Below are positions 23,755-31,753 of a DNA stretch of 39,403 nucleotides, piece by piece. Positions within the stretch are counted from its first letter, which is position 1, and every line of letters starts with the position of its first letter. Origin of the DNA: a virus; IMG/VR virus record IMGVR_UViG_3300031233_000002, one strand, 5' to 3'. Position numbers and translations under genes: made by a program. The notes beneath the pieces are model-generated. The model was not told where the DNA came from and did no database searches. It was given only the letters and a program-made list of their open reading frames with translations.

Positions 23755-23884
23755 CGGGATGTTCCTCAGTTTCAAATCCTTCACAAAATTCGTGTTGGTC
23801 GCACGTATCACAACCAAGAAAGCAATCGTCCCATTGACAACGCCTCGTTATAATTTCTCCTCCACAACCTTTATGGATTAGCAT
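23747..23884 (-). CDS. Cys-rich micro-protein, 45 aa
   Basis: Hand translation gives MLIHKGCGGEIITRRCQWDDCFLGCDTCDQHEFCEGFETEEHPDA. Its start lies inside the last codons of paralog A and its stop overlaps the next ATG. Confidence 0.35.
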   Translation of the reverse strand: MLIHKGCGGEIITRRCQWDDCFLGCDTCDQHEFCEGFETEEHPDA

Positions 23885-24053
23885 TAGCTTTGTCCTCATC
23901 CGAGTCAATGTAGTCCATTAAATCTTTATAAATTGTAGTTTTATCAAAATGTCTTATTCTTTGATCATTTGTTAACTCTGTATCTTTCGCCCATGCAAGG
24001 TGATACTGCGCCTTTTCTTCAATAAACTTTTTAACTTGCTCTAGGGTTTTCAT
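23871..24053 (-). CDS. MKTVEEIK-family paralog A, 60 aa from ATG 24053
   Basis: MKTLEQVKKFI...LMDYIDSDEDKANANP. AAGGAG RBS. ATGA overlap with the upstream micro-ORF. Confidence 0.6.
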   Translation of the reverse strand: MKTLEQVKKFIEEKAQYHLAWAKDTELTNDQRIRHFDKTTIYKDLMDYIDSDEDKANANP

Positions 24054-24211
24054 TTTTTCTCCTTGCACCAACTACAAAACATGATTAATAAAGCCACTAC
24101 AACACCGCAGTATATAATATCTTTAAACACTCCTTGGACGCCTATATCAACATCAATTTTCCACACCCCTAGCACCAGCATAAAAACGAAATATTTGGCT
24201 GAATTGCTCAT
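24050..24211 (-). CDS. Membrane micro-protein, 53 aa
   Basis: Hand translation gives MSNSAKYFVFMLVLGVWKIDVDIGVQGVFKDIIYCGVVVALLIMFCSWCKEKK. ATGA overlaps at both ends. Confidence 0.35.
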   Translation of the reverse strand: MSNSAKYFVFMLVLGVWKIDVDIGVQGVFKDIIYCGVVVALLIMFCSWCKEKK

Positions 24212-24293
24212 TTATATATCCCGCATCTAAGACAATGCCATTGACGATATGTTATTTGTATCCATTTATGACCGTTAACCAAACATATATAAT

Positions 24294-24470
24294 TCATTTT
24301 TTAAATACCTTATTCGTAATTAACACGTAGTGATCACCATTGTACTTAATAAGCCACTGCGGGAAGCCTAGGAATCCGCAGTGGGGAAGTATTTCTATTT
24401 TTTTGTAGGGAAGTTGTTTAGCTACTCTATTAGCTTCCGCTTTGGTTCTAAAGCATTTGATAACGTCCAT
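24294..24470 (-). CDS. Hypothetical small protein, 58 aa
   Basis: Hand translation gives MDVIKCFRTKAEANRVAKQLPYKKIEILPHCGFLGFPQWLIKYNGDHYVLITNKVFKK. It starts directly after the upstream stop. Confidence 0.35.
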   Translation of the reverse strand: MDVIKCFRTKAEANRVAKQLPYKKIEILPHCGFLGFPQWLIKYNGDHYVLITNKVFKK

Positions 24471-24665
24471 TTAGTAATACCTCTTGGGTAAGTTGGGTTT
24501 CCCTACGTTTGTACCGCGATATTTAATGGCACATGTTGCATGTTGCGTGCGCCATTGGCGTTTGTCTTGGCCTATTTCATTTTCGGGGATGCGCTCAAAG
24601 TGACCCGCACCGGGTTCAACGTACTGTCCGCACCGATAACACTTACCACCGTAACTATTTCGCAT
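24471..24665 (-). CDS. Small Cys/His protein, 64 aa from ATG 24665
   Basis: MRNSYGGKCYRCGQYVEPGAGHFERI...HATC. Its ATG is embedded in the upstream gene's last codons. Confidence 0.45.
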   Translation of the reverse strand: MRNSYGGKCYRCGQYVEPGAGHFERIPENEIGQDKRQWRTQHATCAIKYRGTNVGKPNLPKRYY

Positions 24666-24855
24666 TGCGATACCTCGCAAGATCAAGGGGTTTCCAGTCC
24701 TCACCAGCTAGAGCAAGTCCATAAGACAAGCTATACCCTACCAATAAAGGCAGCATGTAAAAGGTATTGTAAAACCTCCACATCAAATAAACGAAGGTGA
24801 ATGTGGATAGTAGGGCTAGCATAGATAATATGTCGCACAAGGTATGTCTGATCAT
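24655..24855 (-). CDS. Membrane protein, 66 aa
   Basis: Two hydrophobic segments. Preceded by the conserved leader TTTAACCTAGAGGAG. Confidence 0.4.
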   Translation of the reverse strand: MIRHTLCDILSMLALLSTFTFVYLMWRFYNTFYMLPLLVGYSLSYGLALAGEDWKPLDLARYRNAK

Positions 24856-24883
24856 GGGGTTTAACTCCTCTAGGTTAAAGTAA

Positions 24884-24899
24884 GCCCCCTTGCGGGGGC
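24884..24899 (-). terminator. GC-rich hairpin with a GCAA tetraloop just after the DUF932 stop; attenuator, terminator or mRNA-stabilising element
   Basis: Minus-strand GCCCCC-GCAA-GGGGGC, a 6-bp G/C stem, followed by TTACTTTAA, which is a poor U-tract. It lies inside an otherwise AT-rich operon. Confidence 0.4.
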
Positions 24900-24906
24900 A
24901 GTTTGG

Positions 24907-25764
24907 TTAGGCACTCTTTAGCTTTCTCATTTCCTCTGTCAGCGTCCACAAGGCGCGGTTAAGCTTTGTGTTTTCGTCAATGCTATTCACGGCGCGCATA
25001 CTCGTTCGTCTGTGACGACCGTTAGCATCCCGTGTCCAACCTGATTGACCACCTTTGATAATGTTCTCTTGAGCAATATTAAACGTGGTGAATAGGTCTG
25101 TGGCACCTACTTCCTGACGTCTACGAGCGCGGATTAATTGCTGCGGTTCAATCGCTGCACCCATATTGTCGCCTTCCTCAAAGCGGATAGCGTGAGCGGC
25201 ACGGGCAAACGCCAATTGTTCCTCTGGCTGTAATCGAATCTCGCTCATTTCTTGCGCTGCCTCTAGCATGTGTGTAGCAGAATCCATGACTTCGTAGCTA
25301 CCTTGAATCACGTTATCAATGATATTGCCTTGGTGGCGTACTCTGACCTCCTCATATTTATTGCCAGCCATCAAGCCATTAGTGCAGATCAAACGGAAAA
25401 CCCCTGCTATCAATTTATAGGAGGAAAGACCGTCATGACTATTGATCAACACCAATTCAGGATACAAACCGCCCGAAACAGGTCTAGCGTCAACGTGACG
25501 AAAGCGCATTAAGTGTTTAGTGAAGCCTATCTTGTTTTCAAGGCGCGCCCGTGATTGAGTCACATATACAGGTTGAAAGCCTTCACCCATCAAGCCCTTG
25601 ACCACCTCTATAGTAGAAATGTGTGTGTAACGGTCTGAAACGTGTTGCGCGCCATGTTCAGCAAATACAGACGGGGCTAACTCGTGAATACGGTCTAAGC
25701 TCAATGGAGCTAATGATTGAATATCTCTGCGAAAACTAATTGCATCAGCTTTACTAAACATCAT
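24907..25764 (-). CDS. DUF932-family protein, 285 aa from ATG 25764
   Basis: Motifs YTHISTIEVV, GFTKHLMRFRH, LVLINSHDGLSSYKLIAGVFRLICTNGLM and the overall size match my recollection of DUF932 (phage/plasmid-like protein). AGAGGA RBS 8 nt upstream of ATG 25764. Confidence 0.7.
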   Translation of the reverse strand: MMFSKADAISFRRDIQSLAPLSLDRIHELAPSVFAEHGAQHVSDRYTHISTIEVVKGLMGEGFQPVYVTQSRARLENKIGFTKHLMRFRHVDARPVSGGLYPELVLINSHDGLSSYKLIAGVFRLICTNGLMAGNKYEEVRVRHQGNIIDNVIQGSYEVMDSATHMLEAAQEMSEIRLQPEEQLAFARAAHAIRFEEGDNMGAAIEPQQLIRARRRQEVGATDLFTTFNIAQENIIKGGQSGWTRDANGRHRRTSMRAVNSIDENTKLNRALWTLTEEMRKLKSA

Positions 25765-25824
25765 AAATAATTCCTCTAGGTTAATGTAACGTTCAAACGT
25801 TAGACAATCCAACGTTGTAACAAC

Positions 25825-25853
25825 AGAATATATTTTTTAGTGGGGGTTGTCAA
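25825..25853 (-). promoter_or_regulatory. Leftward sigma70-like promoter TTGACA-N17-TATTCT (or N15-TATATT)
   Basis: On the minus strand there is a perfect -35 at 25853-25848. The context GTGTTGACAAC resembles that of the other leftward promoter, GTGTTGACTCAAC. Confidence 0.35.
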
Positions 25854-25865
25854 CACTAAAGTTAA

Positions 25866-25904
25866 AGGTAATTAACCTATTTATCAAAAAAGGGTTAATT
25901 ACCT
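25866..25904. promoter_or_regulatory. Perfect 12-bp inverted repeat AGGTAATTAACC / GGTTAATTACCT with a 15-bp spacer, in the divergent control region
   Basis: 25866-25877 is the exact reverse complement of 25893-25904. It lies just upstream of the leftward -35. Confidence 0.6.
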
Positions 25905-25978
25905 AAAAAGTTTCACTCTATGTATTTATAATGATAGTATACTTAATATACTGCCATTTTTTATTTAAGGGAATATCA

Positions 25979-26128
25979 ATGACTTTCGCGCCAAAGGTAG
26001 GTGTACTCTGGTTGAGCGTGCTTTATTTGCTAATGACTCATGTTGTACATGTTCCCTTTGATATGTTCATTTGCATTATTCTAGCGGTGTTTATGATTAT
26101 AACTTTGTTTGTGGACATTCCGGCTTAA
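25979..26128 (+). CDS. Two-TM micro-protein, 49 aa from ATG 25979
   Basis: AAGGGA RBS. MTFAPKVGVLWLSVLYLLMTHVVHVPFDMFICIILAVFMIITLFVDIPA. Confidence 0.35.
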   Translation: MTFAPKVGVLWLSVLYLLMTHVVHVPFDMFICIILAVFMIITLFVDIPA

Positions 26129-26167
26129 CGTGTGTACATTAATTGCACCTATAAGGGGTAGGTTAAT

Positions 26168-26548
26168 ATGAGCTTTAACCGCCGTCTTAAACCAAATCTC
26201 GGACAACCAGAATATAAACCTACTATTCATGAACGTGAAAAAGTCATGAATTTAGTGTTAGCGGGGTATACCCAAGATGAGATTGCTGAATACTATGATT
26301 GTGATGTAAGAACCATTCGTAAGCATTTTGAAAATGAGCTTGATAAAACCATGCGACACCGTGGTAGTCGAGTTGCCAATAAACTGTATAAAGTAGCTAT
26401 GAGCGGGGATGTAAAAGCGTTAGAGCTATATTTGAAATGTAAGTTACAATGGCATAATTATAAGCCCCCCGAAAAAGACGATAAGCTCGACCAAGTAACA
26501 TCATTATTACAGACTCTTGTTGATCAAAACAAGAACAAAACTGAATGA
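26168..26548 (+). CDS. Terminase small subunit candidate, 126 aa
   Basis: HTH segment LAGYTQDEIAEYYDCDVRTIRKHF and a position immediately upstream of TerL. Confidence 0.6.
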   Translation: MSFNRRLKPNLGQPEYKPTIHEREKVMNLVLAGYTQDEIAEYYDCDVRTIRKHFENELDKTMRHRGSRVANKLYKVAMSGDVKALELYLKCKLQWHNYKPPEKDDKLDQVTSLLQTLVDQNKNKTE

Positions 26549-26566
26549 GGTTGCACGTAGAACATT

Positions 26567-28123
26567 ATGGCAGCTAGCCCACAATTGACCGATGAATTGA
26601 TCAACAATCTTAAGGATTTAAGATGGTTTGCTGAGAAGTTTTTCTATATTTCAGTGAAAGGCGCGGATGATGATGAAACCGCGCTAATACCTTTTAAGTT
26701 TAACACCGCGCAAATCTATTTACACAATAAGCTAGAGGCACAACTCAAAGCCACTGGGCGTGTGCGTGCGATTATCTGTAAAGGTAGGCAACAAGGCGTT
26801 AGTACGATGGTATCCGCAAGATTCTTTCACAAAGTTATAACTCGCAAGGGCTACAAAACTTTCATTATGACGCACCATGACTCAGCGACTAATAACCTAT
26901 TTAACATGGTCAAGACGTACTTTGATAACTTGCCGCCGGGGTTGTGTCCTTATCCTGACAGACTCAACACGACTGAAATGTACTTCGATGTTTTCAAGGG
27001 TGGCTACAAGGTAGGCACGGCAGGCAGCAAAAAGGTAGGACGCTCTGATACTATTCAATTGCTGCATGGTTCAGAGGCGGGGCTTTGGGATAACACGGAA
27101 GAACATGCGACCGGGATTTTTCAAACCGTTGCGGACGTGGCGGGCACGGAAATTATCATTGAGAGTACTGCGCAGGGTATCGGCAATTGGTATCATAAAG
27201 AATGGGTTGCTGCGGTCGCGGGTGAATCTGAGTACATGGCTATATTCATTCCGTGGTACTGGCAGGCTGAATATACAGCCAGTGCAGAAGGGATGGAATT
27301 AACACAGGATGAGCGCGGTTTCATGCGCGCCTACTCTGCGGATGGTTTGACAATAGAGCATCTTGCATGGCGCAGGAATAAAATGCGTAACATGTCAAAA
27401 GACCCCGAACGCGCACTCGAATTATTTAGTCAAGAGTATCCATTTAATGCTAATGATGCGTTTCTTAATCCAGTTAAAAACACATTTATTCCTAGCAAAT
27501 ATGTTACCGCAGCGCGCAAACGCAAACTCAAAAGCGAATCAGGCATTGTGATAGGAGTTGACCCGGCTGACGATAAAGACGGTAGTGACCGCACAGCTAT
27601 TATCTTTCGCCAAGGGCGCAAGGCATGGAATCTTAAAACTTACCGTAATCACAACACTATGCACATTTGCGGTAAGCTGGTTAACATGATTAAGAAATAC
27701 GACCCAGTGAAAGTCTTTGTTGACTGTATTGGTATAGGTAAGGGCATAGTCGATAGAATGCAGGAAATGGGATATACACAGGTTGAAGGGATTAACGTGG
27801 CTCTAGACGCGCATGATAAAGAACACTTTACAGATCGTAGAGCGGAATTATGGAACGCTTGCGCCGACTGGCTCATGCAGGATATGCCCGTGGAAATTCC
27901 TGACAGTGATGAGTTACAGTCTGATTTATGCAGCGTGGGTTATGATGAGGATAGCTCTGGTAGATTACGTATCGAATCCAAAAAATCATTACGCAAACGT
28001 GGTATGCCAAGCCCAGACTGCGCTGACGCACTATTGCACACATTCGCAGCAGGCTATTACACTACCACCAAACTTAATCCAGTAAAAACACTACCTGTAC
28101 ATGCGAGGGGCAAGTTTATCTGA
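26567..28123 (+). CDS. Terminase large subunit, 518 aa
   Basis: Walker-A-like ICKGRQQGVST. ATPase coupling region HGSEAG. C-terminal RNase-H-like nuclease acidic motifs (IGVDPADDKDGSDRTA, VDCIGIGKG, PDCADAL). Confidence 0.85.
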   Translation: MAASPQLTDELINNLKDLRWFAEKFFYISVKGADDDETALIPFKFNTAQIYLHNKLEAQLKATGRVRAIICKGRQQGVSTMVSARFFHKVITRKGYKTFIMTHHDSATNNLFNMVKTYFDNLPPGLCPYPDRLNTTEMYFDVFKGGYKVGTAGSKKVGRSDTIQLLHGSEAGLWDNTEEHATGIFQTVADVAGTEIIIESTAQGIGNWYHKEWVAAVAGESEYMAIFIPWYWQAEYTASAEGMELTQDERGFMRAYSADGLTIEHLAWRRNKMRNMSKDPERALELFSQEYPFNANDAFLNPVKNTFIPSKYVTAARKRKLKSESGIVIGVDPADDKDGSDRTAIIFRQGRKAWNLKTYRNHNTMHICGKLVNMIKKYDPVKVFVDCIGIGKGIVDRMQEMGYTQVEGINVALDAHDKEHFTDRRAELWNACADWLMQDMPVEIPDSDELQSDLCSVGYDEDSSGRLRIESKKSLRKRGMPSPDCADALLHTFAAGYYTTTKLNPVKTLPVHARGKFI

Positions 28124-28168
28124 TAATATAACAATCAAATCATTTCGTTACATGGAAGGGTTAAGTGA

Positions 28169-30319
28169 ATGGATAGACCGGAATATACGACTGATAGTCC
28201 CAAAGCTCAAAAGTTACGACAACATGTCAAAAGATGGCGTGATGCGTGGCGCGAAAATGATAAGCATTACCATTACATGATGAGTTTTGTCATGGGCGAT
28301 CAATGGGATCAGGACGAATTAGATAATTTTACGAAACGTAACAAGCAAGGTCTGACATTCAACAAGCTTGCGCCACTCGCTAACTATGTGATGGGGCAGC
28401 AACAACAAAATACTCCCAGCTTAAAATTAGAGGCAACTGATGATACGCCTCAGCCAGTAGTTGCTATTCGTCAAGCCATCGTATTAGATATCCTATTAAA
28501 TTCTGATGCGAAATCCATTACCCAGAATTCATTTTTTCAAAAAACAGTAGGTGGTTATGGTGCTTATCGTGTAGGTACGGATTATGATAATGATTATAAT
28601 TTTGATCAAGTAATGAAATTATATGACTTTGTTGACCCTACTAAATGCTTTTGGTCTTTAGACTGTGAACACAAAAACAAAATTGACAGCATGATTTCTG
28701 GCTATACCGTCAAGATGAGCCGCAAGAAAGTGCGCGCTTTGTGGGGTAGAGAAGTTGAATCAAATATTGGTATAGATCAGCAAGACAACGGCGCGAATGT
28801 ATCAGTTGATGATCAGACGGATATGCCGTTAGAATTTTGGGATGATGAATCAGTTACGATTCTTTATGTGTATGAACGAAAATATAAGCCTTTTACGCTA
28901 TGTGAATTATCCAACGGGAAAGCTTTACCTAAAAAAGAAGTGGATGCCTTACCTACATTTGAAGTCGATGGTAAAGAGTTTATTGATTACAATGGCGAAC
29001 CTGTCAGAGTAGTGCGAACCCGAAAAGTATCGCGCTATAAGGTAGTAAATTCAATTTGGGCAGGTGATTATAAGATCGATGAGGTGCCATTTCATAGTCA
29101 ATACTCTCCTATCATTTTTGAAGATCAGCGTTCTTACTATGATAAGAAAGGGCGCCAGATTACACGCTCATTTTTTGCCAATGCAAAGGATGCGCAACGT
29201 TATTTAAACTATATCAAAACGCAAAATGCTTATCTCCTAACTGTATTTCGCTATGATCAATTCCTTATATCGAAAGAGAATGCGCGTGGCACTGATACTA
29301 AGCAAATATGGGCTGACCCGACTGTCATTTTAGGCGCGCTCTATTATGATGAAGCCAAGTCTGGCAATATTCCACAGCAATTAAAACCACCGGAAATATC
29401 ACAGTCTTTGATGCAGCAATATGATAGTACGCTGAATGATTTATCTTCTAGTACTGGAATATATGGCACGCAGTTAGGCCAAGGCGGTCAAGAAGTCTCT
29501 GGCGACGCAATAGATTCACGGCGCGAGACCGCTAGTTATAATACTCAAACACTATTCACTTCATCAAATCAAGCCTTGTGGGCTTGTGGCCTGATAGTAG
29601 ATGATGCCATACCCCGTATTTATGATACTGAGCGCAAACTACGATTAAATATGCCAGACACGGGCGAGCAAACCATTACTATTAATAAACAAGGCGATGA
29701 GTACGGCGAAAACTTTGAAAATGATATTACCAAAGGGCGTTATAAATTACGGTTATTGCCCGGTAAATCTGTAGAAGGCCAAAAGCGGGAAGATCAAGAA
29801 ACTATCGAGCTTATCCTACAAAAGAATCCTGAAACATTTAATCTGGTAGCTGACTTATTTATCGAAACACTGGAAAACTCGAAGTCTATTGAAATTAGAA
29901 ACCGCCTGCGAGCCGCCCTAGTACCACCTGAGATTATTGAAGCAGGTAAGACTGGCAAACCGATACCACCCAAAGACCCACCTCCAAATCCTGAATTATT
30001 AAAAATCCAGCTTGAGATGATGAAAGCGCAACAAGATTTTACATTAGGTCAGCAAAAACTCATGCAAGAGCAGCACAAGATCGAGTCTCAGTCTCGCAAA
30101 GACGGTACTGATGCTGCCATTCAGTTAGGTCAATTACACCAACAAAGTGCTGAGCTTGAAGCGCGCTATGTGGAAACTGAGAAGAAACTACAGGCAGAGT
30201 TTGCCCGTATTCACGCCGATACCACACAAGGCCACCATGATAATTTAGCCAAGATTCTCACTCACAACACAGGCTTTTTGGACAAACCCAAAGAGGCTAA
30301 ACCAACTTCTAAAAAATAG
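28169..30319 (+). CDS. Portal protein with a long C-terminal helical (barrel-like) extension, 716 aa
   Basis: Size and position after TerL. The last ~130 aa are a Gln/Glu/Lys coiled coil, reminiscent of P22-type portals. Confidence 0.8.
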   Translation: MDRPEYTTDSPKAQKLRQHVKRWRDAWRENDKHYHYMMSFVMGDQWDQDELDNFTKRNKQGLTFNKLAPLANYVMGQQQQNTPSLKLEATDDTPQPVVAIRQAIVLDILLNSDAKSITQNSFFQKTVGGYGAYRVGTDYDNDYNFDQVMKLYDFVDPTKCFWSLDCEHKNKIDSMISGYTVKMSRKKVRALWGREVESNIGIDQQDNGANVSVDDQTDMPLEFWDDESVTILYVYERKYKPFTLCELSNGKALPKKEVDALPTFEVDGKEFIDYNGEPVRVVRTRKVSRYKVVNSIWAGDYKIDEVPFHSQYSPIIFEDQRSYYDKKGRQITRSFFANAKDAQRYLNYIKTQNAYLLTVFRYDQFLISKENARGTDTKQIWADPTVILGALYYDEAKSGNIPQQLKPPEISQSLMQQYDSTLNDLSSSTGIYGTQLGQGGQEVSGDAIDSRRETASYNTQTLFTSSNQALWACGLIVDDAIPRIYDTERKLRLNMPDTGEQTITINKQGDEYGENFENDITKGRYKLRLLPGKSVEGQKREDQETIELILQKNPETFNLVADLFIETLENSKSIEIRNRLRAALVPPEIIEAGKTGKPIPPKDPPPNPELLKIQLEMMKAQQDFTLGQQKLMQEQHKIESQSRKDGTDAAIQLGQLHQQSAELEARYVETEKKLQAEFARIHADTTQGHHDNLAKILTHNTGFLDKPKEAKPTSKK

Positions 30320-30331
30320 AGTTAACCATTT

Positions 30332-31372
30332 ATGCCAAAAGTATTACAAAAGATTGACGATAATGATTTAGCGAATGAATTGGGTACGGTACCCACTGGC
30401 GAGGATATGATTGCATCCAGTGAAGATGGTGATACACCAGCAGAACAGAGCAAATCGACTAAAAATACGCGCACCGGGTTGCGTGGTGCATTGAAAAAGT
30501 CTGTTTTACACACGCCACAACCGCGCCAGAATGCCGATGATTATGGATATGACGATAAAGGCAACAAAGAACCCGATGAAGAAGTAGACCCAACCGATAT
30601 TATTGACAATAAAGACCCGGATGATGATGAAGAACCCGATAACACAGATCAAGCTGCCAAAATTGATGAATATGGCAATGAAATAGTTCCAAAAGAAGAA
30701 AAGATGTACCCCGAATCAGAGGTCAATAAGATGATTCGTGAGCGTTTGGCTCGCGGCAATCATGGTCAAGCACCTACAGCGGCAGAAGTCGCCAAGGTAA
30801 CGGAACAAGTCACACAAACTATGGATTCTGATTCAACTGAGGCTGATTGGGAGCGCGAACTAAGCAAAGTCGTTGATAAGATTGTAACGAACAAGTTGCA
30901 AGCTAAAGAACAAGAGCGAGTTCAATCACAACGTCAAGCCGATGAGGCAAAATGGCGTGAACAAGAAAGCCGTGTGCAGGCAGAATTTGAAGAAAAGTTT
31001 ACAACAGGCATGGACAGGTATTCAGACTTTAAAACCGTGGTAAGTGATAAGCCCATTACGGATGCTATCATGGTGGGTATTCGTGGAATGCCAAACCCGG
31101 CAGCGTTTTTATATGCAGCGTGTAAGCAACAACCCAAAGAAATAGAACGCATTGCTGGCATTCAGGATTTCCCTACACAAATGCTGGAATTGGGCAGACT
31201 GGATGAAAAAATTCGTAAAGCGAACAATGTGACCAAATCAAGTAGACCACTATCTAATCATAAAGGTGATGTTAGTGATAAATTTGACGAATTACCAAAA
31301 TTTGATGTAGACAGTGCCATTGAGAAAGATGCCCGTGTTAAACTAAATCAACGTCAAGGCAAGCGGCGTTAA
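30332..31372 (+). CDS. Scaffolding protein candidate, 346 aa
   Basis: Highly acidic, helical, low-complexity protein with a basic C-terminus (QRQGKRR), located between the portal and capsid genes. Confidence 0.6.
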   Translation: MPKVLQKIDDNDLANELGTVPTGEDMIASSEDGDTPAEQSKSTKNTRTGLRGALKKSVLHTPQPRQNADDYGYDDKGNKEPDEEVDPTDIIDNKDPDDDEEPDNTDQAAKIDEYGNEIVPKEEKMYPESEVNKMIRERLARGNHGQAPTAAEVAKVTEQVTQTMDSDSTEADWERELSKVVDKIVTNKLQAKEQERVQSQRQADEAKWREQESRVQAEFEEKFTTGMDRYSDFKTVVSDKPITDAIMVGIRGMPNPAAFLYAACKQQPKEIERIAGIQDFPTQMLELGRLDEKIRKANNVTKSSRPLSNHKGDVSDKFDELPKFDVDSAIEKDARVKLNQRQGKRR

Positions 31373-31401
31373 TCGTTTATTAACTTAAGGAGTACAATCT
31401 C

Positions 31402-31548
31402 ATGGTAGCACCATTAAATAGTAAGCCAACGAAGTTACCCGGTGAATCGGAAGCGGATTATCAAAAACGTTTAAAAAATCCTACTGATAAAACTGCAAAT
31501 AAAGCGCCTGAGAAAACTGATCAACATGATCCTGCCAGTTCAAAGTAA
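31402..31548 (+). CDS. Hypothetical small protein, 48 aa
   Basis: Strong AAGGAG RBS 8 nt upstream. MVAPLNSKPTKLPGESEADYQKRLKN... Below the ORF-track cutoff. Confidence 0.4.
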   Translation: MVAPLNSKPTKLPGESEADYQKRLKNPTDKTANKAPEKTDQHDPASSK

Positions 31549-31552
31549 GTTA

Positions 31553-31580
31553 TTGCAAATAAAATACAACAGGGTAGAAT
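31553..31580 (+). promoter_or_regulatory. Candidate sigma70-like promoter TTGCAA-N16-TAGAAT ahead of the capsid gene
   Basis: Hexamers at 31553-58 and 31575-80. This would give a leader of about 170 nt containing two hairpins. Confidence 0.3.
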
Positions 31581-31753
31581 TAAATTCATCAATCGGTGTG
31601 TATTGTGGTAAGGGATTGCCGCCGAGTCTCTAGAGTTTTTAAGAAATGAATTTTTAGTTTTACCCTGCGTGTATTTATCCGTCCGCACGGAAATGTAAAT
31701 AGACAGTGACATTTTGTCACCAACCTAAATCATTTTCCGGAGATGGATGCACC

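Noticed and set aside
31706-31753. GTG 31706 as the capsid start, as given in the ORF track
   Set aside because: The GTG is the first base of the GTGACA-TTT-TGTCAC hairpin and has no RBS. ATG 31754 has GGAGATGG upstream and gives a typical MANLFQ... N-terminus.
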